Below are positions 55,955-64,000 of a DNA stretch of 64,000 bases, in pieces. Every line of letters starts with the position of its first letter. Position 1 is the stretch's first letter. The DNA is from an uncultured Gammaproteobacteria bacterium (GTDB lineage Bacteria > Patescibacteriota > Microgenomatia > UBA12405): NCBI GenBank assembly GCA_964448705.1, contig CAYUZS010000001.1, positions 45,601 through 109,600 on the forward strand. Reading direction: 5' to 3'. The notes below the pieces were generated by a model. It searched no databases and was not told where the DNA came from. It saw nothing but the letters and a program-made list of their open reading frames with translations. A program made the position numbers and the translations under genes.

Positions 55955-56749
55955 TTAAACAGTTGTATTTGGGTTGGGCTGATTAGTGCCGGCGGATAAG
56001 TTTCCACTTTTTTCAACCGATTCTATGGGCATTTGGTTAAGTGTCGGATCTTCGACTGGCTGAGTAGCTCTGAGACAAATTGCTCCGGCTTCGAAAGTTT
56101 CCGGAGAAACGTTAACAGAGAAAGACTGGGTAGCCACCCGAAGACCGATTAACAGATCTTTGGCGGAATCCATATCCAATTGCAAACCAAGCATCGGCAA
56201 AAAGAAGGTAAAAATTTCAGAAAAAGGAGCATCGGGATCAATTAAAGAGGCTTTAGCCCAAGCTTTGGAAACGTTAGTTGGGGAAATAAATACCCAATTA
56301 CCTTTAGCAGTTAAAGAAGCATTGGCACCTAAAGCTGTTTCTTCACCAAGCATGAAACAAAGATCGGCAGCAGCGGTATCGTTGTTGACGATGATCTTGT
56401 CATTACCAATTTTAGGAAAATCAGGTTTAGTGGTGACAACTAAGTTTAGACGTCCACCATCGTCGTTATAGGAAACATTTTCAATCTGATCAACTGGATA
56501 ATCAAAAGAGATTACCAAATCATTTTTAATAAGATTATCGGTTAACAATTCCAAACCACTAAGCTTGGAATAATTTTGATCCGGTTTTTGGGGACAAAAA
56601 ACTTTAACGTCTTTACCGGATTTTTTAAGTGAAAGCGCCAAAGCCAAACCGGCACCAACGCTGTCAACATTCATCTGAGGAATAACAACCAAAGCAGTTT
56701 TGGCGTTGTCAACTAAAACTTTGATATCAGAAACGTTGTAATTTTTCAT
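55955..56749 (-). CDS. DHH-family-like protein (NrnA-like position downstream of infB); apparently degenerate, with no DHH motif
   Basis: The N-terminus ALVVIPQMNVDSVGAGLALALSLKKSGKDVKV resembles the NrnA motif I/II region (h.H..PDGDA.GS.LAL...L...GK.V). However, the metal-binding His/Asp residues and the DHH and GGGH motifs are absent. Confidence 0.35.
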   Translation of the reverse strand: MKNYNVSDIKVLVDNAKTALVVIPQMNVDSVGAGLALALSLKKSGKDVKVFCPQKPDQNYSKLSGLELLTDNLIKNDLVISFDYPVDQIENVSYNDDGGRLNLVVTTKPDFPKIGNDKIIVNNDTAAADLCFMLGEETALGANASLTAKGNWVFISPTNVSKAWAKASLIDPDAPFSEIFTFFLPMLGLQLDMDSAKDLLIGLRVATQSFSVNVSPETFEAGAICLRATQPVEDPTLNQMPIESVEKSGNLSAGTNQPNPNTTV

Positions 56750-56764
56750 AATTTATGTTGTTTT

Positions 56765-58204
56765 CTATTTCTTATAGGCTATTATATCATCGTTTATTTT
56801 AAAGTCAACATAGGGCTTAAAGGTCATACCACAGTCGTTTCCGGACTTGATTTTTTCGATAATGTTTTTACCCTGACGGATACCTTCAACTTTAGTGTCC
56901 TTGATAATGTCTGTATCACGCTTAAGGTGAATAGCATCATTCTTGCTGATTTCACCCTTGGTTATCTTAATACCGGCAATGCGGACCTTATCGATCTTAA
57001 ATTCAGCAATAATTTTTCCTTCACCTATAATTGTTTCTTCAATGGTAGGATCGAGCATTTTTAATACCTGAGCCTGGATATTGTCGATAATTTCGTAAAT
57101 AATTTTAGACTGATGGATAACAACTTTTTCGTTGTCAGCTAAATTTTTGATGAATTTGGGAATAGAAACATTAAAGGCAAAAATTTGGCTCTTGGCAGCC
57201 GAAGCGACAAAAACATCATGGTCGGTAACAGGGCCAACTCCGGCATAAATAACTTCTACGTCATCAGAAAAACTATTCTTTAGAGCTTCAAGAGTGCCCT
57301 CAACATCGGCTTTTATGACTACCGGTAAACGGGAAATATTCTGATCTGAAGAAGTTTCATGATCTTTTTTAGCTTCTTCTACCAGTAATTCCTGTTTGAC
57401 CGAAGTAATTAAACAACCGGTTGAAGGAGTTTTTTCAAATCCAAGTATTTCTACCGGAGTTGAAGGCGGAGCAACGGTGAGTGAATGACCATTGGAATCC
57501 AAGAGAGCTTTAACTTTTCCCGATATCTCTTGAGCATAGATATAATCACCCAAACGGAGAGTGCCTCTTTTAATAATGACTGAAGCGACCGGCCCACAGT
57601 TTTTATCAAGCCGGGATTCGACCACAAAAGCTTCTAAAGGAGCATCGGCTTCGTTTTTCAACTCCATAACATCAGCATGTAAAAGAATTAAATCCAACAG
57701 TTCCTCGATCCCCTGTCCGGTTTTAGCGGAAACAGGAACGATAGGCACCTGGCCGCCATATTCTTCTGGAACCAAATCCTGTTCAACAAGCTGGCCTTTG
57801 ATTTTTTCCGGATTAGCATCAGCTAAATCCATTTTGTTTAAGGCAATAATTACCGGTAGATTGGCTTTTTTAATCTGAACAATGCTTTCCTTGGTCTGAG
57901 CCATAACGCCATCGGTAGCCGAGATCACTAGAACTACTAGGTCAGTGATATGAGCACCTCTGATGCGCATGTTATTGAAGGCGGCATGACCGGGAGTATC
58001 AATAAAAGTAATAAGGCTCTTTTTGCCGTTTTTTAGGGTAACTTCAGTTTGATATGAAGAAATATGCTGGGTAATTCCGCCGGCCTCTTTTTTGGCAATG
58101 TTAGCAGAGCGAATACGATCTAAAAGTGTTGTTTTACCATGATCAATATGACCCATGACAGCAACGATAGGCGGGCGAAAATTAGTGTCATTATTTACGG
58201 TCAT
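56765..58204 (-). CDS. infB: Translation initiation factor IF-2, minimal form of 479 aa (G domain plus C-terminal domains only)
   Basis: It starts directly at the G domain (PPIVAVMGHIDHGKTTLLD). It lies downstream of nusA. Confidence 0.92.
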   Translation of the reverse strand: MTVNNDTNFRPPIVAVMGHIDHGKTTLLDRIRSANIAKKEAGGITQHISSYQTEVTLKNGKKSLITFIDTPGHAAFNNMRIRGAHITDLVVLVISATDGVMAQTKESIVQIKKANLPVIIALNKMDLADANPEKIKGQLVEQDLVPEEYGGQVPIVPVSAKTGQGIEELLDLILLHADVMELKNEADAPLEAFVVESRLDKNCGPVASVIIKRGTLRLGDYIYAQEISGKVKALLDSNGHSLTVAPPSTPVEILGFEKTPSTGCLITSVKQELLVEEAKKDHETSSDQNISRLPVVIKADVEGTLEALKNSFSDDVEVIYAGVGPVTDHDVFVASAAKSQIFAFNVSIPKFIKNLADNEKVVIHQSKIIYEIIDNIQAQVLKMLDPTIEETIIGEGKIIAEFKIDKVRIAGIKITKGEISKNDAIHLKRDTDIIKDTKVEGIRQGKNIIEKIKSGNDCGMTFKPYVDFKINDDIIAYKK

Positions 58205-58225
58205 ATTTAGTTTTAAACTACTATT

Positions 58226-59221
58226 TTATTTTCTGGCAGTGGTCGAACCGCTGACCTTTATTTCCAGGCCAGTCAAAATACCTGCCAAGCGAACGTTTTC
58301 CCCACCAGCACCGATGGCTAGAGCCAAATCGGTTTCAGGAACCTCAACGGTAGCTAAACCGTTGGCAACAGAACTGACCGTAACATTTTGTGCCGGAGAC
58401 AAAGCATTAGCAATAAATTGATTGATATTTTTGGAAAAAGCGATAACGTCCACTTTTTCGTCCGAAGGTAACTCATTTAAAACTGCCTGAATACGGGAAC
58501 CTTTTTGGCCGATACAGGAACCGACAGGATCGACTCCGGGTTGGGTGCTGCTGACGGCAATTTTGGTTCTTTCACCGGATGATCGGGCAATTCTTTCGAT
58601 AGTAACAATCCGATTTCCAACTTCGGGAACTTCCCGAATAAAAAGTTGTTTAATAAATTCAGGATCGCGGCGGGAAAGAATAATGTCTTTACGACCGGTA
58701 TCATCTTCAATTATTGATTTTAAAAGAAAGAGTTTTTTTGAACCCAAGATAAGCTCCTCATTTCGAATTTGTTCATCTTTAGGGCAAATAGCTTCTGTTT
58801 TGCCGATACCGACTGTCATTTTGTAAGGATCAATGCGTAAAACAACTCCCGGAATCAAAACACCGATTTTATTGGAATATTCAGCCACAACAGTATCTCT
58901 TTCCGCTTCACGAATTTTTTGATCGATAACCTGTTTGGCGGTTTGGGCGGCAATACGGCCAAAACCCGGAGGAGTGACATCCGTACGTTGATCACCGACA
59001 ACTTTAAAAATTGAAAATGATCCTGAAGCAGGCACAATTTCAACTTCAAAAATATCCTCGTCGGGGACAATAATACCGTGTTCTTTTTGATCCCTTTTAT
59101 AGGCAGAAACTAAACCAAGTTCGATGGAATCCAGAATATCCTGAACGTCAATATTACGCTCGCCGGCGATTTGAGCGACAGCGGCAGCAAATTCGGTTTT
59201 AGGCAGTCTTTTAATATCCAT
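58226..59221 (-). CDS. nusA: Transcription termination/antitermination factor NusA
   Basis: The start was taken at MDIKRLPKTEF (cat at 59219-59221), because the longer ORF would include the upstream terminator hairpin. It has an S1 domain and two KH domains. Confidence 0.9.
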   Translation of the reverse strand: MDIKRLPKTEFAAAVAQIAGERNIDVQDILDSIELGLVSAYKRDQKEHGIIVPDEDIFEVEIVPASGSFSIFKVVGDQRTDVTPPGFGRIAAQTAKQVIDQKIREAERDTVVAEYSNKIGVLIPGVVLRIDPYKMTVGIGKTEAICPKDEQIRNEELILGSKKLFLLKSIIEDDTGRKDIILSRRDPEFIKQLFIREVPEVGNRIVTIERIARSSGERTKIAVSSTQPGVDPVGSCIGQKGSRIQAVLNELPSDEKVDVIAFSKNINQFIANALSPAQNVTVSSVANGLATVEVPETDLALAIGAGGENVRLAGILTGLEIKVSGSTTARK

Positions 59222-59249
59222 TTTGTTTCCTTTTAGTAAGGGAACTACT

Positions 59250-59273
59250 AAAAAAGGGGACACAAACGTCCCC
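59250..59273 (-). terminator. Intrinsic terminator or attenuator immediately upstream of nusA
   Basis: The minus strand reads GGGGAC-gtttgt-GTCCCC followed by TTTTTT. It lies 40 nt downstream of the 59314 gene stop and 29 nt upstream of the nusA ATG. Confidence 0.6.
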
Positions 59274-59313
59274 CATTCCACTTACTACATTTAACTGTGG
59301 GTATTATAGCAGA

Positions 59314-59808
59314 TTATTCAGTAAAGAATTCAATCACGGCCAAGGCAGCAGACAGCGGCAGACCGGCAATTTTATTTTTGAATTTCGGATCGATACTTTT
59401 TCGAAAACGACGGTTGATCTTGTCACAAAATTCTTCGGGGGTGATAACTTCGACAGCAACCGCTACCAAGTCGGCGGCCAATTGACGGGCGCCCCGGGTT
59501 TTATCCCCGGCGATACTGCGGGGGTAGTCAGCACATTCTTTCCGAATCATTGTTTTAAACTCTGATAATCGATCACCTAAAACAGCTTTCATGGCAATAC
59601 CCCGGCCAGACTGATAGTTGCGAAATTTAGATATTTCCAAAGAAGCAAGTTGAGATTCATCAAGTTCAAGATTAAAACCATTTTCTATTATTTTTTGTCT
59701 TATATCTGGGATATTCAGCATGTCCGGAGAAAAAGGAGGCATGATATTACGGTTGAAAATATCCTTGAGCGGGGATGAGGGCAAAGGAGAAAGTTTTTCG
59801 GTTGACAT
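59314..59808 (-). CDS. Hypothetical protein, 164 aa (no recognisable family; it occupies the position where rimP is usually found upstream of nusA)
   Basis: It is a complete ORF with SD-compatible spacing after dnaJ. It is not RimP-like by eye. Confidence 0.4.
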   Translation of the reverse strand: MSTEKLSPLPSSPLKDIFNRNIMPPFSPDMLNIPDIRQKIIENGFNLELDESQLASLEISKFRNYQSGRGIAMKAVLGDRLSEFKTMIRKECADYPRSIAGDKTRGARQLAADLVAVAVEVITPEEFCDKINRRFRKSIDPKFKNKIAGLPLSAALAVIEFFTE

Positions 59809-59814
59809 AACTAA

Positions 59815-60678
59815 TTATAAACCAAGCTCGCGGAGAAGATCTTTTTGTTTAGCAGAAAGACGGGTGGGGACAACAACAGAAACACGAATGTAGAGATCAC
59901 CTACTCCAAAACCGTTGACGTCACGAATTCCCTGGCCGCGTAGGCGAACGAGAGTGTTTGGCTGGGTACCGGCTTTGATACGAATTTTAAGCTGGCCGTC
60001 CAGAGTAGGAACTTCTATTTCTGTACCCAAGGCAGCCTGAGAAAAAGAAATTTCCGACTGAACATAGACATCGTTGCCATCACGCTTAAATACTTTATCG
60101 GGAAGAACATCGATATAGAGGACAAATTCGCTAAAACGTATTTGCTGACCATCGTCGACACCAGCAGGGATTTTAATGGTTTTTCTTTTTCCTTCGATGT
60201 TTAGAGATTTTTCGCAACCTTTGGCGGCTTCGAGAAAAGTTAGTTGGATTTTAAAAGTCGACAAACGACGGGAGCGATTTTGCTGACTGCTGAATCCCCC
60301 GCCAAAAAATTGTTCAAAAATGTCGAAAGGATTGGAGAAACCACCAAAATCAAAATCGGTGCCGCCGAAGGGATTTTGACCGCCGCCGCTTTGCCAGGTG
60401 TACGTGAAAGGCCCATTTTGCTGAGTATGGGTTTGGCCGCCAAAACCGCCTGAAGACGGGTCAAAAGCAGCGTGCCCGAACTGGTCGTAGGCACTTTTTT
60501 TCTGATCATTACTGAGAACTTCATAAGCCTCGTTGATTTCTTTAAATTTTTCCTCGGCATCGGGTTCTTTGTTGCGGTCGGGATGATATTTCAAGGCCAT
60601 TTTACGATAGGCGCTTTTAATCTCGTCTTTCGATGAAGATTTAGGGACGCCAAGAATATCGTAAAAATCACGTTTCAT
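59815..60678 (-). CDS. dnaJ: DnaJ-class chaperone lacking the zinc-finger domain (CbpA-like / type II J-protein)
   Basis: It has a J domain with HPD (YHPDRN), a G/F-rich region and C-terminal substrate-binding domains. There are no CxxCxGxG repeats. Confidence 0.85.
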   Translation of the reverse strand: MKRDFYDILGVPKSSSKDEIKSAYRKMALKYHPDRNKEPDAEEKFKEINEAYEVLSNDQKKSAYDQFGHAAFDPSSGGFGGQTHTQQNGPFTYTWQSGGGQNPFGGTDFDFGGFSNPFDIFEQFFGGGFSSQQNRSRRLSTFKIQLTFLEAAKGCEKSLNIEGKRKTIKIPAGVDDGQQIRFSEFVLYIDVLPDKVFKRDGNDVYVQSEISFSQAALGTEIEVPTLDGQLKIRIKAGTQPNTLVRLRGQGIRDVNGFGVGDLYIRVSVVVPTRLSAKQKDLLRELGL

Positions 60679-61085
60679 AAGCTAAGAGAAGGAAACTGTT
60701 TACCCGGAGTTAAAACTGACAGAACAGAATTAGCTCTCTTAATTGATTGATTAAGAATATCTTTATACTCTTGGTGATTGCCTCTTGGACAAGCGAAACA
60801 AAAATGGCTTTCTCCTGAGGTGTCTGTAAACGTAACAGTACAATTATTAAATTTGGTTAACTGTCCACTTTTGAACATAGTATCTAAAATATAGGTGCCT
60901 AATATATCAGCAAATGCTTTAACCTCTTCCTCAGTTGATTTTGGAAACGAAAATACTTCCGGAATACAAGATAAACCTTTTTCAAGTTTTTTATCCAGAA
61001 AATTGATACTATCTTTGTCTAAATCCTGGAGAATGCAAAACTGGTTATCCAAATGGATATCTTTCTTATTTTCAACTTCAGACAT
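60675..61085 (-). CDS. Hypothetical protein, 136 aa, encoded between dnaK and dnaJ
   Basis: It is a complete ORF with an ATGA-type overlap with the dnaJ start. It contains [25 protein letters not shown]. Confidence 0.4.
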   Translation of the reverse strand: MSEVENKKDIHLDNQFCILQDLDKDSINFLDKKLEKGLSCIPEVFSFPKSTEEEVKAFADILGTYILDTMFKSGQLTKFNNCTVTFTDTSGESHFCFACPRGNHQEYKDILNQSIKRANSVLSVLTPGKQFPSLSL

Positions 61086-61100
61086 TTTTTAACTTAAAGA

Positions 61101-61361
61101 TTATTTTTCCAATTCTTTGATTTTTTTAAGTCTTTTGGTGTTGCCGATAAGAGTATAAATAGCGTAACCGATGGCATAAACAAAAATAGCAATGTTTATG
61201 TAGAAAAGATAGATTTCCGGGACGGCGCCAAAACTGGCCACCAAGCTGATTAATGATGAAGCCACCAAGGACATAATGCCGATAGCAACGGTTTCGGTAG
61301 CATAAATAAGTTTATCCTGTCGAAGACGGGAAATTTCCAATTCAGTGTTTTTGATTTTCAT
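61101..61361 (-). CDS. Small two-TM membrane protein, 86 aa
   Basis: There are two hydrophobic helices (IGIMSLVASSLISLVASFG; IAIFVYAIGYAIYTLIG). It lies downstream of dnaK. Confidence 0.4.
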   Translation of the reverse strand: MKIKNTELEISRLRQDKLIYATETVAIGIMSLVASSLISLVASFGAVPEIYLFYINIAIFVYAIGYAIYTLIGNTKRLKKIKELEK

Positions 61362-61385
61362 TTTGTTTAAATTTTTAATCTAATA

Positions 61386-61414
61386 AAGGGCATCCCGATT
61401 CCCGGGATGCCCTT
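61386..61414 (-). terminator. Strong GC-rich hairpin immediately downstream of dnaK: candidate terminator or attenuator
   Basis: AAGGGCATCCCG-attcc-CGGGATGCCCTT is a perfect 12 bp stem. On the minus strand it is followed by TATTAGATT, which is a weak U tract. It lies 12 nt after the dnaK stop. Confidence 0.5.
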
Positions 61415-61426
61415 ACTTTACCATGT

Positions 61427-63331
61427 TTATTTAACAATTTCTCCTTCTTCAGCCTCTTTGGCATCAGATTTTGGTTCAGAAGACGAATCCGGTTGTTGAG
61501 GATTACCCTGAGCACCGTCGGCCTGGTTTGGTTGACCATATACTGCCTGGCCAATAACCTGAAGAATCTGGCTTAGTTCTTCATTTGCCTTATCGTATTC
61601 ATCTTTTTTAGCATCGGTTTTAAGGAGAAGCTCTTTACCGGATTTAATCATATCCTCTATTTTGGTTTTATCTTCCGGTTTAACTTTGTCAGTAAAATCT
61701 TTCAAAGTTTTCTCGGCGCTAAAAACAGTGGCATCAAAACGATTTCGGGATTCGGCCAGGGCATGCTTGTCCTCGTCTTCACGGGCATGCATCTCGGCAT
61801 CTTTTTTCATCTGCTCGATCTCGTCTTCTTTGAGATTGGTAGCATTCTGAATAGTTATCTTTTGTTCTTTATTAGTCCCTTTGTCTTTAGCAGAGACGGA
61901 AAGAATACCGTTACTGTCGATATCAAAAGTAACTTCTATCTGAGGAATACCCCGGGGAGAAGGAGCGATACCGTCGAGAATAAAACGACCGAGCGATTTA
62001 TTGTCGGATGCCATAGGACGTTCACCCTGAAGAACATTAATCTCTACCTGCGGCTGGTTGTCGGCGTAAGTAGTAAATATTTGTGATTTTTTGGTAGGTA
62101 CGGTAGTATTTCTATCTATCAAAGGAGTACGAACTCCACCGGCAGTTTCGATACCAAGAGTTAAAGGTGTAACGTCCAGGAGAACAACATCTTTAACTTC
62201 TCCGGTAAGAACAGCTCCCTGAACAGCGGCACCGACAGCGACGACTTCGTCGGGATTAACGGTGGTATCCAAATCTTTACCAAAAAAGTTTTTGACTACT
62301 TCAACCACTTTAGGCATTCTGGTCATACCGCCGACCATAACAATATCAGTGATATCGTTTTTGGAAACACCGGCATCTTTCAAACATTTTTCGACCGGAG
62401 TAATTGTTTTTTGGATTAATTCATCAACCAAATTTTCCAACTGTGCCCGGGTTAACTTGGTAGTTAAATGAAGCGGTTGACCATCTTTTTGAGTGATAAA
62501 CGGAAGATTAATTTCCGTTTCGATGGTAGTGGAGAGCTCGATCTTGGCTTTTTCGGCAGCCTCACGAAGACGTTGAAGAGCCTGAGGATCTTTGGTTAAA
62601 TCGACACCGTTTTCTTTTTGGAAATTTTCCAAAAGCCAGTGGAGAATTTTTTGATCAAAGTCATCTCCGCCAAGGAAGGTGTCACCATTTGTGGCTTTAA
62701 CTTCAAAGACACCATCACCGATTTCCAGAACAGAAATATCAAATGTGCCTCCTCCCAAATCATAAACAGCCACAATCCCCTTTTTCTTTTTATCCAAACC
62801 ATAGGCTAAAGCTGAAGCTGTCGGTTCATTAACAATTCTTTTAACATCCAAACCAGCAATTTCTCCGGCCTGTTTAGTGGCCTGACGCTGGGAATCATCA
62901 AAATAAGCCGGAACAGTGATGACAGCCTCGGTAACTTTTTCGCCCAAATATTTCTCGGCATCAGCTTTGGCTTTTTGCAAAATCATAGCGGAGATTTCCT
63001 GTGGAGTATAAACCTTGCCTTCCACTTCAACACAAGCCATTTTGTCTTTTCCGGCGACAATTTTATAAGGAGCAATCTGAATCGTCTTGACCACTTCAGG
63101 ATCATCAATCCGACGGCCCATTAGACGCTTAACGCTGAAAATAGTATTTTTAGAATTAAGGACCATTTGGCGTTTAGCCAAATCACCAACTAATTTTTTA
63201 ACCGGCTCAACGATTGAAGGGATAGTATTGCGGCCTTCAGAAGTAAAGATAACTTTTGGGGTACCCCCCTCCATAACGGCAACGCAGGAGTTGGTTGTAC
63301 CTAAATCGATTCCAATGATTTTGTTTGACAT
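61427..63331 (-). CDS. dnaK: Chaperone DnaK (Hsp70)
   Basis: The protein is 634 aa with the Hsp70 signatures [18 protein letters not shown] and VGGMTRMP. Confidence 0.97.
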   Translation of the reverse strand: MSNKIIGIDLGTTNSCVAVMEGGTPKVIFTSEGRNTIPSIVEPVKKLVGDLAKRQMVLNSKNTIFSVKRLMGRRIDDPEVVKTIQIAPYKIVAGKDKMACVEVEGKVYTPQEISAMILQKAKADAEKYLGEKVTEAVITVPAYFDDSQRQATKQAGEIAGLDVKRIVNEPTASALAYGLDKKKKGIVAVYDLGGGTFDISVLEIGDGVFEVKATNGDTFLGGDDFDQKILHWLLENFQKENGVDLTKDPQALQRLREAAEKAKIELSTTIETEINLPFITQKDGQPLHLTTKLTRAQLENLVDELIQKTITPVEKCLKDAGVSKNDITDIVMVGGMTRMPKVVEVVKNFFGKDLDTTVNPDEVVAVGAAVQGAVLTGEVKDVVLLDVTPLTLGIETAGGVRTPLIDRNTTVPTKKSQIFTTYADNQPQVEINVLQGERPMASDNKSLGRFILDGIAPSPRGIPQIEVTFDIDSNGILSVSAKDKGTNKEQKITIQNATNLKEDEIEQMKKDAEMHAREDEDKHALAESRNRFDATVFSAEKTLKDFTDKVKPEDKTKIEDMIKSGKELLLKTDAKKDEYDKANEELSQILQVIGQAVYGQPNQADGAQGNPQQPDSSSEPKSDAKEAEEGEIVK

Positions 63332-63358
63332 ATTTTTTATAATTTTTAACCTTATAAT

Positions 63359-63796
63359 TTATAATTTTTTGCCCACAACAACCTGGGCTGGACGAATAAC
63401 CTGAGAATTGAGGGTATAACCTCTTTTTCTGACAGAAATAACTTTGTTTTCATCACCGTCAACAACATCGACACATTCCATAGTGTTGGGATCAAAATCG
63501 AGATTTTCGACTTTTATTTCCTCGAGACCTTCTGACTTTAAAACATTAATAAATTTGTCGATGGTAATTTTTAAACCCTGATCCTGAAGATTGTCCTGAG
63601 CCAATTGAAGATCATCCAGAACATCGATCATTTTAGAAATGATAGAGACAGTGGCTAAGGTAACAAACATCTGCCGCTGGCTATCAATTCTTTTTTCTAA
63701 ATTGGCATAATCGGCTAAGGACCGATCAAGTTTTTCCTGTAGCTGAGCCAGTTGCGGCTGCAGGTTAACAGAAGGAGTACTCTTTTTTTTCTTCAT
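63359..63796 (-). CDS. grpE: Nucleotide exchange factor GrpE
   Basis: The protein is 145 aa with a coiled-coil N-terminal half and a C-terminal beta domain. It lies upstream of dnaK and has an ATGA-like compact junction with hrcA. Confidence 0.85.
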   Translation of the reverse strand: MKKKKSTPSVNLQPQLAQLQEKLDRSLADYANLEKRIDSQRQMFVTLATVSIISKMIDVLDDLQLAQDNLQDQGLKITIDKFINVLKSEGLEEIKVENLDFDPNTMECVDVVDGDENKVISVRKRGYTLNSQVIRPAQVVVGKKL

Positions 63797-63803
63797 AATA
63801 AGA

Positions 63804-64000
63804 TTAGCGAGTAATGGATGTTAACAAACCGGCAAAGTAATCAACCACCGGAATTAAAGTTTGATATTGACAGCGGGCTGGGCCGACAATACCTAAAATT
63901 CCACGGTGAGGACCGGCTTCGTATGTTTGATAAATAAAACCGCAGGGCTCGAGATGCTCTAAACCAAGATCTTCGCCGATTAAAAGATGAATTACTTCCT
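63804..64000 (-). CDS. hrcA: Heat-inducible transcription repressor HrcA (partial; only the C-terminal ~65 aa are in the window)
   Basis: Hand translation gives ...GILGIVGPARCQYQTLIPVVDYFAGLLTSITR*, which matches the conserved HrcA C-terminus (G.IGPTRM.Y...IP.VDY.A..L). Its stop lies 7 nt before the grpE ATG. It is absent from the ORF track because it is edge-truncated. Confidence 0.7.
   Translation of the reverse strand, partial: EVIHLLIGEDLGLEHLEPCGFIYQTYEAGPHRGILGIVGPARCQYQTLIPVVDYFAGLLTSITR

Noticed and set aside
59222-59281. Longer nusA start (MEWGTFVSPF...) given by the ORF track
   Set aside because: That extension would place a perfect terminator hairpin plus T-run inside the coding region. 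The conserved NusA N-terminus begins at MDIKRLPK.
1-64000. Alternative genetic code (UGA=Gly, code 25) as in some CPR lineages
   Set aside because: TGA is used as a stop in several well-conserved ATGA gene junctions (rfbC/rfbD, rfbD/rfbA). Conserved proteins also end at TGA with correct lengths. The standard bacterial code fits.
1-64000. CRISPR arrays, transposases, integrases, phage genes, toxin-antitoxin pairs, reverse transcriptase / DGR
   Set aside because: No direct-repeat/spacer architecture, no DDE/tyrosine-recombinase-like ORFs, and no RT motif ORF were seen in any frame. The window is dominated by housekeeping operons.

Overview
This 64 kb window is low-GC (by eye about 40 percent), very gene-dense, and almost entirely encoded on the minus strand. 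It spans the core transcription, translation and chaperone loci of what looks like a streamlined bacterium (CPR/Patescibacteria-like). That assignment is tentative and rests on the following: no L30 gene is visible in the spc operon; IF-2, AlaRS and Lon are truncated; ProRS is archaeal-type; accessory proteins are tiny and membrane-anchored. TGA is used as a stop codon in ATGA overlaps, so this is not genetic code 25. Gene order, read 5'->3' on the minus strand, is: hrcA(partial)-grpE-dnaK-[two unknowns]-dnaJ(cbpA-like)-unknown | nusA-infB-degenerate DHH-like-unknown-rpsO-pnp-Lon(AAA+ only)-three small membrane/secreted proteins-udg4-rnj | proS-ftsK-rodZ-like-DUF948-ytxH | alaS-[PilM/FtsA-like-TM 708 aa protein]-sortase-ruvX-Zn ribbon-mltG | two secreted paralogs-rpoB-rpoC-rpsL-rpsG-[LytR_C membrane protein-rfbB-rfbC-rfbD-rfbA] | fusA-tuf | S10-spc-alpha ribosomal operons (rpsJ ... 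rpsD-rpoA-rplQ)-rplM-rpsI | uppP(partial). Plus-strand genes are few: an FAD-dependent oxidoreductase, a MiaB/RimO-like radical SAM enzyme and three small hypotheticals. I found rpmJ (L36) and both edge-truncated genes (uppP, hrcA) by hand translation; they are not in the ORF track. No tRNA, rRNA, CRISPR array, transposase or integrase was seen. The most interesting candidates are these. (1) dTDP-rhamnose genes and a LytR_C membrane protein are inserted inside the str operon. (2) Two paralogous proteins have a PilM/FtsA-like cytoplasmic domain, a transmembrane helix and an ectodomain; one sits next to a sortase. (3) A three-member family of type-II membrane/secreted proteins shares a C-terminal domain ending QILS[ST]FKF. 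(4) A Lon AAA+ module with no peptidase domain sits next to three small membrane/secreted proteins.
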